64,000 nucleotides of DNA, from NCBI RefSeq assembly GCF_009914755.1, contig NC_060925.1; one strand, written 5' to 3'. Below are positions 12,086 through 24,998 of this stretch, one piece after another; the stretch's first letter is position 1; each line of letters starts with the position of its first letter. Origin of the DNA: the human T2T-CHM13v2.0 reference genome, Homo sapiens. The notes under the pieces were generated by a model, which saw only the letters and a program-made list of their open reading frames with translations, searched no databases and was not told where the DNA came from. Both the position numbers and the translations under genes were made by a program.

Positions 12086-14805
12086 TTACTGAGAATTCTT
12101 CTGTCTAGCATAATATGAAGAAATCCCATTTCCAACGAAGGCCTCAAAGGGGTCTGAATATCCACTTGCAGACTTTATAAACAGAGTGTTTACTAACTGC
12201 TCTATGAAAAGAAAGGTTAAACTCTGTGAGTTGAACACACACATCACAAAGGAGTTTCTGAGAATCATTCTGTCTAGTTTTTCTACGAAGATATTTCCTT
12301 TTCTACTATTGACCTCAAAGCGGCTGAAATCTCCACTTGCAAATTCCACAAAAAGAGTGTTTCAAGTCTGCTCTGTGTAAAGGATCGTTCAACTCTGTGA
12401 GTTGAATACACACAACACAAGGAAGTTACTGAGAATTCTTCTGTCTAGCAGAATAGGAAGAAATCCCGTTTCCAACGAAGGCCTCAAAGAGGTCTGAATA
12501 TCCACTTGCAGACTTTACAAACAGAGTGTTTCCTAACTGCTCTATGAAAAGAAAGGTTAAACTCTGTGAGTTGAACGCACACATCACAAAGGAGTTTCTG
12601 AGAATCGTTCTGTCTAGTTTCTATAGGAAGATTTTTCCTATTCTACCATTGACCTCAAAGCGGCTGAAATCTCCACTTGCAAATTCCACAAAAAGAATGT
12701 TTCAAGTCTGCTCTGTGTAAACGATCGTTCAACTCTGTGAGTTGAATACACACAACACAAGGAAGTTACTGAGAATTCTTCTGTCTAGCATAATATGAAG
12801 AAATCCCGTTTCCAACGAAGGCCTCAAAGAGGTCTGAATATCCACTTGCAGACTTTACAAACAGAGTGTTTCCTAACTGCTCTATGAAAAGAAAAGTTAA
12901 ACTCTGTGATTTGAACGCACACATCACAAAGGAGTTTCTGAGAATCATTCTGTCTGGTCTTTATACGAAGATATTTCCTTTTCTACCATTGACCTCAAAG
13001 CGGCTGAAATCTCCACTTGCAAATTCCACAAAAAGAGTGTTTCAAGTCTGCTCTGTGTAAAGGATCGTTCAACTCTGTGAGTTGAATACACACAACACAA
13101 GGAAGTTACTGAGAATTCTTCTGTCTAGCAGAATATGAAGAAATCCCGTTTCCAACGAAGGCCTCAAGGAGGTCTGAATATCCACTTGCAGACTTTACAA
13201 ACAGAGTGTTTCCTAACTGCTCTATGAACAGAAAGGTTCAACTCTGTGAGTTGAACGCACACATCACAAAGGAGTTTCTGAGAATCATTCTGTCTAGTCT
13301 TTATACGAAGATATTTACTTTTCTACCATTGACCTCAAAGCGGCTGAAATCTCCACTTGGAAATTCCACAAAAAGAGTGTTTCAAGTCTGCTCTGTGTAA
13401 AGGATCATTCAACTCTGTGAGTTGAATAAACACAACACAAGGAAGTTACTGAGAATTCTTCTGTCTAGCAGAATATGAAGAAATCCCGTTTCCAACGAAG
13501 GCCTCAAGGAGGTCTGAATATCCACTTGCAGACTTTACAAACAGAGTGTTTCCTAACTGCTCTATGAAAAGAAAGGTTAAACTCTGTGAGTTGAACGCAC
13601 ACATCACAAAGGAGTTTATGAGAATCATTCTGTCTAGTTTCTATAAGAAGATATTTCCTATTCTACCATTGACCTCAAAGCGGCTGAAATCTCCACTTGC
13701 AAATTCGACAAACAGAGTGTTTCAAGCCTGCTCTCTGTAAAGGATCCTTCAACTCTGTGAGTTGAATACACACAACACAAGGAAGTTACTGAGAATTATT
13801 CTGTCTAGCATAATATGAAGAAATCCCGTTTCCAACGAAGGCCTCAAAGAGGTCTGAATATCCACTTGCAGACTTTACAAACAGAGTGTTTCCTAACTGC
13901 TCTATGAGAAGAAAAGTTAAACTCTGTGAGTTGAACGCACACATCACAAAAGATTTTCTGAGAATCATTCTGTCTAGTCTTTATATGAAGATAGTTTCCT
14001 TTTCTACCATTGACCTCAAAGCGGCTGAAATCTCCACTTGCAAATTCCACAAAAAGAGTGTTTCAAGTCTGCTCTGTGTAAAGGATCGTTCAACTCTGTG
14101 AGTTGAATACACACAACACAAGGAAGTTACTGAGAATTCTTCTGTCTAGCAGAATAGGAAGAAATCCCGTTTCCAACGAAGGCCACAAGATGTCAGAATA
14201 TCCACTTACAGACTTTACAAACAGAGTGTTTCCTAACTGCTCTATGAACAGAAAGGTTAAACTCTGTGAGTTGAACGAACACATCACAACGCAGTTTCTG
14301 GGAATGATTCTGTCTAGTTTTGAAACGAAGATATTTCCTTTTCTGCCGTTGACCTTAAAGAGCTTGAAAACTACACTTGCAAATTGCACAAATAGAGTGT
14401 TTCAAATCTGCTCTGTCTAAGGGAACGTTCAACTCTGTGAGTTGAATGCACACAACACAAGGAAGTTACTGGGAATTCTTCGGTCTAGCCTTACATGAAA
14501 AAATCCCGTTTCCAACGAAGGCCTCTAAGTGGTCAAAATTTCCACGTGCAGACTTTACAAACAGAGTGTTTCCAAACCGCTGAATGAAAAGAAAAGTTAA
14601 ACTCTGAGAGTTGAACGCACACATCACGCAGCAGTTTCTGAGAATGATTCTGTCTAGTTTTTATACGAAGATATTTCCTTTTCTGCCTTTGGCCCCAAAG
14701 CGCTTGAAATCTCCACTTGCAAATTCCACAAAAACAGTGTTTCCAATCTGCTCTCTCTAAATGAAAGTTCAACTCTGTCAGTTGAATACACACAACACAA
14801 GGAAG
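12086..14805 (-). repeat. Complete 16-mer unit A-B-C-D-E-F-G-H (2720 bp)
   Basis: The H-marker spacing 11813 to 14533 is 2720 bp and all eight subtypes occur in order. Confidence 0.85.
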
Positions 14806-17800
14806 TTACTGAGAATTCTTCTGTCTAGCATAATATGAAGAAATCCCGTTTCCAACGAAGGCCTCAAAGGGGTCTGAATATCCACTTGCAGACTTTATAA
14901 ACAGAGTGTTTCCTAACTGCTCTATGAAAAGAAAGGTTAAACTCTGTGAGTTGAACACACACATCACAAAGGATTTTGTGGGAATCGTTCTGTCTAGTCT
15001 TTATACGAAGATAGTTTCCTTTTCTACCATTGACCTCAAAGCGGCTGAAATCTCCACTTGCAAATTCCACAAAAGGAGTGTTTCAAGTCTGCTCTGTGTA
15101 AAGGATCGTTCATCTCTGTGAGTTGAATACACACAACACAAGGAAGTTACTGAGAATTCTTCTGTCTAGCAGAATATGAAGAAATCCCGTTTCCAACGAA
15201 GGCCTCAAGGAGGTCTGAATATCCACTTGCAGACTTTACAAACAGAGTGTTTCCTAACTGCTCTATGAACAGAAAGGTTCAACTCTGTGAGTTGAACGCA
15301 CACATCACAAAGGAGTTTCTGAGAATCATTCTGTCTAGTCTTTATACGAAGATATTTACTTTTCTACCATTGACCTCAAAGCGGCTGAAATCTCCACTTG
15401 GAAATTCCACAAAAAGAGTGTTTCAAGTCTGCTCTGTGTAAAGGATCATTCAACTCTGTGAGTTGAATAAACACAACACAAGGAAGTTACTGAGAATTCT
15501 TCTGTCTAGCAGAATATGAAGAAATCCCGTTTCCAACGAAGGCCTCAAGGAGGTCTGAATATCCACTTGCAGACTTTACAAACAGAGTGTTTCCTAACTG
15601 CTCTATGAAAAGAAAGGTTAAACTCTGTGAGTTGAACGCACACATCACAAAGGAGTTTATGAGAATCATTCTGTCTAGTTTCTATAAGAAGATATTTCCT
15701 ATTCTACCATTGACCTCAAAGCGGCTGAAATCTCCACTTGCAAATTCGACAAACAGAGTGTTTCAAGCCTGCTCTCTGTAAAGGATCCTTCAACTCTGTG
15801 AGTTGAATACACACAACACAAGGAAGTTACTGAGAATTATTCTGTCTAGCATAATATGAAGAAATCCCGTTTCCAACGAAGGCCTCAAAGAGGTCTGAAT
15901 ATCCACTTGCAGACTTTACAAACAGAGTGTTTCCTAACTGCTCTATGAGAAGAAAAGTTAAACTCTGTGAGTTGAACGCACACATCACAAAAGATTTTCT
16001 GAGAATCATTCTGTCTAGTCTTTATATGAAGATAGTTTCCTTTTCTACCATTGACCTCAAAGCGGCTGAAATCTCCACTTGCAAATTCCACAAAAAGAGT
16101 GTTTCAAGTCTGCTCTGTGTAAAGGATCGTTCAACTCTGTGAGTTGAATACACACAACACAAGGAAGTTACTGAGAATTCTTCTGTCTAGCAGAATAGGA
16201 AGAAATCCCGTTTCCAACGAAGGCCACAAGATGTCAGAATATCCACTTACAGACTTTACAAACAGAGTGTTTCCTAACTGCTCTATGAACAGAAAGGTTA
16301 ACTCTGTGAGTTGAACGAACACATCACAACGCAGTTTGTGGGAATGATTCTGTCTAGTTTTGAAACGAAGATATTTCCTTTTCTGCCGTTGACCTTAAAG
16401 CGCTTGAAATCTACACTTGCAAATTGCACAAATAGAGTGTTTCAAATCTGCTCTGTCTAAGGGAACGTTCAACTCTGTGAGTTGAATGCACACAACAAAA
16501 GGAAGTTACTGGGAATTCTTCTGTCTAGCCTTACATGAAAAAAAACCCGTTTCCAACGAAGGCCTCTAAGTGGTCAAAATATCCACGTGCAGACTTTACA
16601 AACAGAGTGTTTCCAAACCGCTGAATGAAAAGAAAAGTTAAACTCTGAGAGTTGAACGCACACATCACGCAGCAGTTTCTGAGAATGATTCTGTCTAGTT
16701 TTTATACGAAGATATTTCCTTTTCTGCCCTTGGCCCCAAAGCGCTTGAAATCTCCACTTGCATATTCCACAAAAACAGTGTTTCAAATCTGCTCTCTCTA
16801 AATGAAAGTTCAACTCTGTCAGTTGAATACACACAACACAAGGAAGTTACTGAGAATTCTTCTGTCTAGCAGAATATGAAGAAATCCCGTTTCCAACGAA
16901 GGCCTCAAAGGGGTCTGAATATCCACTTGCAGACTTTAAAAACAGAGTGTTTACTAACTGTTCTATGAAAAGAAAGGTTAAACTCTGTGAGTTGAACACA
17001 CACATCACAAAGGAGTTTCTGAGAATCATTCTGCCTAGTTTTTCTACGAAGATATTTCCTTTTCTACTATTGACCTCAAAGCGGCTGAAATCTCCACTTG
17101 CAAATTCCACAAAAAGAGTGTTTCAAGTCTGCTCTGTGTAAAGGATCGTTCAACTCTGTGAGTTGAATACACACAACACAAGGAAGTTACTGAGAATTCT
17201 TCTATCTAGCAGAATATGAAGAAATCCCGTTTCCAACGAAGGCCTCAAAGAGGTCTGAATATCCACTTGCAGACTTTACAAACAGAGTGTTTCCTAACTG
17301 CTCTATGAAAAGAAAGGTTAAACTCTGTGAGTTGAACGCACACATCACAAAGGAGTTTCTGAGAATCATTCTGTCTAGTTTCTATAGGAAGATATTTCCT
17401 ATTCTACCATTGACCTCAAAGCGGCTGAAATCTCCACTTGCAAATTCCACAAAAAGAGTGTTTCAAGTCTGCTCTGTGTAAAGGATCGTTCAACTCTGTG
17501 AGTTGAATACACACAACACAAGGAAGTTACTGAGAATTCTTCTGTCTAGCAGAATATGAAGAAATCCCGTTTCCAACGAAGGCCTCAAGGAGGTCTGAAT
17601 ATCCACTTGCAGACATTACAAACAGAGTGTTTCCTAAGTGCTCTATGAACAGAAAGGTTAAACTCTGTGAGGTGAACGCACACATCACAAAGGAGTTTCT
17701 GAGAATCATTCTGTCTAGTCTTTATACGAAGATATTTCCTTTTCTACCATTGACCTCAAAGCGGCTGAAATCTCCACTTGCAAATTCCACAAAAAGAGTG

Positions 17801-18542
17801 TTTCAAGTCTGCTCTGTGTAAAGGATCGTTCAACTCTGTGAGTGGAATACACACAACACAAGGAAGTTACGGAGAATTCTTCTGTCTAGCAGAATATGAA
17901 GAAATCCCGTTTCCAACGAAGGCCACAAGATGTCAGAGTATCCACTTACAGACTTTACAGAGTGTTTCCTAACTGCTCTATGAACAGAAAGGTTAAACTC
18001 TGTGAGTTGAACGAACACATCACAACGCAGTTTGTGGGAATGATTCTGTCTAGTTTTGAAACGAAGATATTTCCTTTTCTGCCGTTGACCTTAAAGCGCT
18101 TGAAATCTACACTTGCAAATTGCACAAATAGAGTGTTTCAAATCTGCTCTGTCTAAGGGAACGTTCAACTCTGTGAGTTGAATGCACACAACACAAGGAA
18201 GTTACTGGGAATTCTTCTGTCTAGCCTTACATGAAAAAAAACCCGTTTCCAACGAAGGCCTCTAAGTGGTCAAAATATCCACGTGCAGACTTTACAAACA
18301 GAGTGTTTCCAAACCGCTGAATGAAAAGAAAAGTTAAACTCTGAGAGTTGAACGCACACATCACGCAGCAGTTTCTGAGAATGATTCTGTCTAGTTTTTA
18401 TACGAAGATATTTCCTTTTCTGCCTTTGGCCCCAAAGCGCTTGAAATCTCCACTTGCAAATTCCACAAAAACAGTGTTTCAAATCTGCTCTCTCTAAATG
18501 AAAGTTCAACTCTGTCAGTTGAATACACACAACACAAGGAAG

Positions 18543-21258
18543 TTACTGAGAATTCTTCTGTCTAGCATAATATGAAGAAATCCCGTTTCCAACGAAGGCC
18601 TCAAAGGGGTCTGAATATCCACTTGCAGACTTTATAAACAGAGTGTTTACTAACTGCTCTAGGAAAAGAAAGGTTAAACTCTGTGAGTTGAACACACACA
18701 TCACAAAGGAGTTTCTGAGAATCATTCTGTCTAGTTTTTCTACGAAGATATTTCCTTTTCTACTATTGACCTCAAAGCGGCTGAAATCTCCACTTGCAAA
18801 TTCCACAAAAAGAGTGTTTCAAGTCTGCTCTGTGTAAAGGATCGTTCAACTCTGTGAGTTGAATACACACAACACAAGGAAGTTACTGAGAATTCTTCTG
18901 TCTAGCAGAATATGAAGAAATCCCGTTTCCAACGAAGGCCTCAAAGAGGTCTGAATATCCACTTGCAGACTTTACAAACAGAGTGTTTCCTAACTGCTCT
19001 ATGAAAAGAAAGGTTAAACTCTGTGAGTTGAACGCACACATCACAAAGGAGTTTCTGAGAATCGTTCTGTCTAGTTTCTATAGGAAGATATTTCCTATTC
19101 TACCATTGACCTCAAAGCGGCTGAAATCTCCACTTGCAAATTCCACAAAAAGAGTGTTTCAAGTCTGCTCTGTGTAAAGGATCGTTCAACTCTGTGAGTT
19201 GAATACACACAACACAAGGAAGTTACTGAGAATTATTCTGTCTAGCATAATATGAAGAAATCCCGTTTCCAACGAAGGCCTCAAAGAGGTCTGAATATCC
19301 ACTTGCAGACTTTACAGAGTGTTTCCTAACTGCTCTATGAACAGAAAAGTTAAACTCTGTGATTTGAACGCACACATCACAAAGGAGTTTATGAGAATCA
19401 TTCTGTCTAGTCTTTATACGAAGATATTTCCTTTTCTACCATTGACCTCAAAGCGGCTGAAATCTCCACTTGCAAATTCCACAAAAAGAGTGTTTCAAGT
19501 CTGCTCTGTGTAAAGGATCGTTCAACTCTGTGAGTTGAATACACACAACACAAGGAAGTTACTGAGAATTCTTCTGTCTAGCAGAATATGAAGAAATCCC
19601 GTTTCCAACGAAGGCCTCAAGGAGGTCTGAATATCCACTTGCAGACTTTACAAACAGAGTGTTTCCTAACTGCTCTATGAACAGAAAGGTTAAACTCTGT
19701 GAGTTGAACGCACACATCACAAAGGAGTTTCTGAGAATCATTCTGTCTAGTCTTTATACGATGATATTTACTTTTCTACCATTGACCTCAAAGCGGCTGA
19801 AATCTCCACTTGCAAATTCCACAAAAAGAGTGTTTCAAGTCTGCTCTGTGTAAAGGATCTTTCAACTCTGTGAGTTGAATAAACACAACACAAGGAAGTT
19901 ACTGAGAATTCTTCTGTCTAGCAGAATATGAAGAAATCCCGTTTCCAACGAAGGCCTCAAGGAGGTCTGAATATCCACTTGCAGACTTTACAAACAGAGT
20001 GTTTCCTAACTGCTCTATGAACAGAAAGGTTAAACTCTGTGAGTTGAACGCACACATCACAAAGGAGTTTATGAGAATCATTCTGTCTTGTTTCTATAAG
20101 AAGATATTTCCTATTCTACCATTGACCTCAAAGCGGCTGAAATCTCCACTTGCAAATTCGACAAACAGAGTGTTTCAAGCCTGCTCTCTGTAAAGGATCC
20201 TTCAACTCTGTGAGTTGAATACACACAACACAAGGAAGTTACTGAGAATTATTCTGTCTAGCATAATATGAAGAAATCCCGTTTCCAACGAAGGCCTCAA
20301 AGAGGTCTGAATATCCACTTGCAGACTTTACAAACAGAGTGTTTCCTAACTGCTCTATGAGAAGAAAAGTTAAACTCTGTGAGTTGAACGCACACATCAC
20401 AAAAGATTTTCTGAGAATCATTCTGTCTAGTCTTTATATGAAGATAGTTTCCTTTTCTACCATTGACCTCAAAGCGGCTGAAATCTCCACTTGCAAATTC
20501 CACAAAAAGAGTGTTTCAAGTCTGCTCTGTGTAAAGGATCGTTCAACTCTGTGAGTTGAATACACACAACACAAGGAAGTTACTGAGAATTCTTCTGTCT
20601 AGCAGAATAGGAAGAAATCCCGTTTCCAACGAAGGCCACAAGATGTCAGAATATCCACTTACAGACTTTACAAACAGAGTGTTTCCTAACTGCTCTATGA
20701 ACAGAAAGGTTAAACTCTGTGAGTTGAACGAACACATCACAACGCAGTTTGTGGGAATGATTCTGTCTAGTTTTGAAAGGAAGATATTTCCTTTTCTGCC
20801 GTTGACCTTAAAGCGCTTGAAATCTACACTTGCAAATTGCACAAATAGAGTGTTTCAAATCTGCTCTGTCTAAGGGAACGTTCAACTCTGTGAGTTGAAT
20901 GCACACAACACAAGGAAGTTACTGGGAATTCTTCTGTCTAGCCTTACATGAAAAAAACCCGTTTCCAACGAAGGCCTCTAAGTGGTCAAAATATCCACGT
21001 GCAGACTTTACAAACAGAGTGTTTCCAAACCGCTGAATGAAAAGAAAAGTTAAACTCTGAGAGTTGAACGCACACATCACGCAGCAGTTTCTGAGAATGA
21101 TTCTGTCTAGTTTTTATACGAAGATATTTCCTTTTCTGCCTTTGGCCCCAAAGCGCTTGAAATCTCCACTTGCAAATTCCACAAAAACAGTGTTTCAAAT
21201 CTGCTCTCTCTAAATGAAAGTTCAACTCTGTCAGTTGAATACACACAACACAAGGAAG
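18543..21258 (-). repeat. Complete 16-mer unit with a 4-bp deletion (2716 bp)
   Basis: The H spacing 18270 to 20986 is 2716 bp; the deletion tttacagagt is at 19311-19320. Confidence 0.85.
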
Positions 21259-24200
21259 TTACTGAGAATTCTTCTGTCTAGCAGTATATGAAGAAATCCC
21301 GTTTCCAACGAAGGCCTCAAAGGGGTCTGAATATCCACTTGCAGACTTTATAAACAGAGTGTTTACTAACTGCTCTATGAAAAGAAAGGTTAAACTCTGT
21401 GAGTTGAACACACACATCACAAAGGAGTTTCTGAGAATCATTCTGTCAAGTTTTTCTACGAAGATATTTCCTTTCCTACTATTGACCTCAAAGCGGCTGA
21501 AATCTCCACTTGCAAATTCCACAAAAAGAGTGTTTCAAGTCTGCTCTGTGTAAAGGATCGTTCAACTCTGTGAGTTGAATACACACAACACAAGGAAGTT
21601 ACTGAGAATTCTTCTGTCTAGCAGAATAGGAAGAAATCCCGTTTCCAACGAAGGCCTCAAAGAGGTCTGAATATCCACGTGCAGACTTTTCAAACAGAGT
21701 GTTTCCTAACTGCTCTATGAAAAGAAAGGTTAAACTCTGTGAGTTGAACGCACACATCACAAAGGAGTTTCTGAGAATCGTTCTGTCTGGTTTCTATAGG
21801 AAGATATTTCCTATTCTACCATTGACCTCAAAGCGGCTGAAATCTCCACTTGCAAATTCCACAAAAAGAGTGTTTCAAGTCTGCTCTGTGTAAAGGATCG
21901 TTCAACTCTGTGAGTTGAATACACACAACACAAGGAAGTTACTGAGAATTCTTCTGTCTAGCAGAATATGAAGAAATCCCGTTTCCAACGAAGGCCTCAA
22001 GGAGGTCTGAATATCCACTTGCAGACTTTACAAACAGAGTGTTTCCTAACTGCTCTATGAACAGAAAGGTTAAACTCTGTGAGTTGAACGCACACATCAC
22101 AAAGGAGTTTCTGAGAATCATTCTGTCTAGTCTTTATACGAAGATATTTACTTTTCTACCATTGACCTCAAAGCGGCTGAAATCTCCACTTGCAAATTCC
22201 ACAAAAAGAGTGTTTCAAGTCTGCTCTGTGTAAAGGATCATTCAACTCTGTGAGTTGAATACACACAACACAAGGAAGTTACTGAGAATTCTTCTGTCTA
22301 GCAGAATATGAAGAAATCCCGTTTCCAACGAAGGCCTCAAGGAGGTCTGAATATCCACTTGCAGACTTTACAAACAGAGTGTTTCCTAACTGCTCTATGA
22401 ACAGAAAGGTTAAACTATGTGAGTTGAACGCACACATCACAAAGGAGTTTATGAGAATCATTCTGTCTAGTTTCTATAAGAAGATATTTCCTATTCTACC
22501 ATTGACCTCAAAGCGGCTGAAATCTCCACTTGCAAATTCGACAAACAGAGTGTTTCAAGCCTGCTCTCTGTAAAGGATCCTTCAACTCTGTGAGTTGAAT
22601 ACACACAACACAAGGAAGTTACTGAGAATTATTCTGTCTAGCAGAATATGAACAAATCCCGTTTCCAACGAAGGCCTCAAAGGGGTCTGAATATCCACTT
22701 GCAGACTTTATAAACAGAGTGTTTACTAACTGCTCTATGAAAAGAAAGGTTAAACTCTGTGAGTTGAACACACACATCACAAAGGAGTTTCTGAGAATCA
22801 TTCTGTCTAGTTTTTCTACGAAGATATTTCCTTTTCTACTATTGACCTCAAAGCGGCTGAAATCTCCACTTGCAAATTCCACAAAAAGAGTGTTTCAAGT
22901 CTGCTCTGTGTAAAGGATCGTTCAACTCTGTGAGTTGAATACACACAACACAAGGAAGTTACTGAGAATTCTTCTGTCTAGCAGAATAGGAAGAAATCCC
23001 GTTTCCAACGAAGGCCTCAAAGAGGTCTGAATATCCACGTGCAGACTTTTCAAACAGAGTGTTTCCTAACTGCTCTATGAAAAGAAAGGTTAAACTCTGT
23101 GAGTTGAACGCACACATCACAAAGGAGTTTCTGAGAATCGTTCTGTCTAGTTTCTATAGGAAGATATTTCCTATTCTACCATTGACCTCAAAGCGGCTGA
23201 AATCTCCACTTGCAAATTCCACAAAAAGAGTGTTTCAAGTCTGCTCTGTGTAAAGGATCGTTCAACTCTGTGAGTTGAATACACACAACACAAGGAAGTT
23301 ACTGAGAATTCTTCTGTCTAGCAGAATATGAAGAAATCCCGTTTCCAACGAAGGCCTCAAGGAGGTCTGAATATCCACTTGCAGACTTTACAAACAGAGT
23401 GTTTCCTAACTGCTCTATGAACAGAAAGGTTAAACTCTGTGAGTTGAACGCACACATCACAAAGGAGTTTCTGAGAATCATTCTGTCTAGTCTTTATACG
23501 AAGATATTTACTTTTCTACCATTGACCTCAAAGCGGCTGAAATCTCCACTTGCAAATTCCACAAAAAGAGTGTTTCAAGTCTGCTCTGTGTAAAGGATCA
23601 TTCAACTCTGTGAGTTGAATAAACACAACACAAGGAAGTTACTGAGAATTCTTCTGTCTAGCAGAATATGAAGAAATCCCGTTTCCAACGAAGGCCTCAA
23701 GGAGGTCTGAATATCCACTTGCAGACTTTACAAACAGAGTGTTTCCTAACTGCTCTATGAACAGAAAGGTTAAACTCTGTGAGTTGAACGCACACATCAC
23801 AAAGGAGTTTATGAGAATCATTCTGTCTAGTTTCTATAAGAAGATATTTCCTATTCTACCATTGACCTCAAAGCGGCTGAAATCTCCACGTGCAAATTCG
23901 ACAAAAAGAGTGTTTCAAGCCTGCTCTCTGTAAAGGATCCTTCAACTCTGTGAGTTGAATACACACAACACAAGGAAGTTACTGAGAATTATTCTGTCTA
24001 GCATAATATGAAGAAATCCCGTTTCCAACGAAGGCCTCAAAGAGGTCTGAATATCCACTTGCAGACTTTACAAACAGAGTGTTTCCTAACTGCTCTATGA
24101 GAAGAAAAGTTAAACTCTGTGAGTTGAACGCACACATCACAAAAGATTTTCTGAGAATCATTCTGTCTAGTCTTTATATGAAGATAGTTTCGTTTTCTAC

Positions 24201-24998
24201 CATTGACCTCAAAGCGGCTGAAATCTCCACTTGCAAATTCCACAAAAAGAGTGTTTCAAGTCTGCTCTGTGTAAAGGATCGTTCAACTCTGTGAGTTGAA
24301 TACACACAACACAAGGAAGTTACTGAGAATTCTTCTGTCTAGCAGAATATGAAGAAATCCCGTTTCCAACGAAGGCCACAAGATGTCAGAATATCCACTT
24401 ACAGACTTTACAAACAGAGTGTTTCCTAACTGCTCTATGAACAGAAAGGTTAAACTCTGTGAGTTGAACGAACACATCACAACGCAGTTTGTGGGAATGA
24501 TTCTGTCTAGTTTTGAAACGAAGATATTTCCTTTTCTGCCGTTGACCTTAAAGCGCTTGAAATCTACACTTGCAAATTGCACAAATAGAGTGTTTCAAAT
24601 CTGCTCTGTCTAAGGGAACGTTCAACTCTGTGAGTTGAATGCACACAACACAAGGAAGTTACTGGGAATTCTTCTGTCTAGCCTTACATGAAAAAAACCC
24701 GTTTCCAACGAAGGCCTCTAAGTGGTCAAAATATCCACGTGCAGACTTTACAAACAGAGTGTTTCCAAACCGCTGAATGAAAAGAAAAGTTAAACTCTGA
24801 GAGTTGAACGCACACATCACGCAGCATATTCTGAGAATGATTCTGTCTAGTTTTTATACGAAGATATTTCCTTTTCTGCCTTTGGCCCCAAAGCGCTTGA
24901 AATCTCCACTTGCAAATTCCACAAAAACAGTGTTTCAAATCTGCTCTCTCTAAATGAAAGTTCAACTCTGTCAGTTGAATACACACAACACAAGGAAG
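21259..24998 (-). repeat. 22-mer variant A-B-D-E-A-B-D-E-F-G-H (3740 bp) containing a 1360-bp tandem duplication
   Basis: The H spacing 20986 to 24726 is 3740 bp; the shared variant atatccacgtgcagactttt occurs at 21671 and 23031. Confidence 0.85.
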
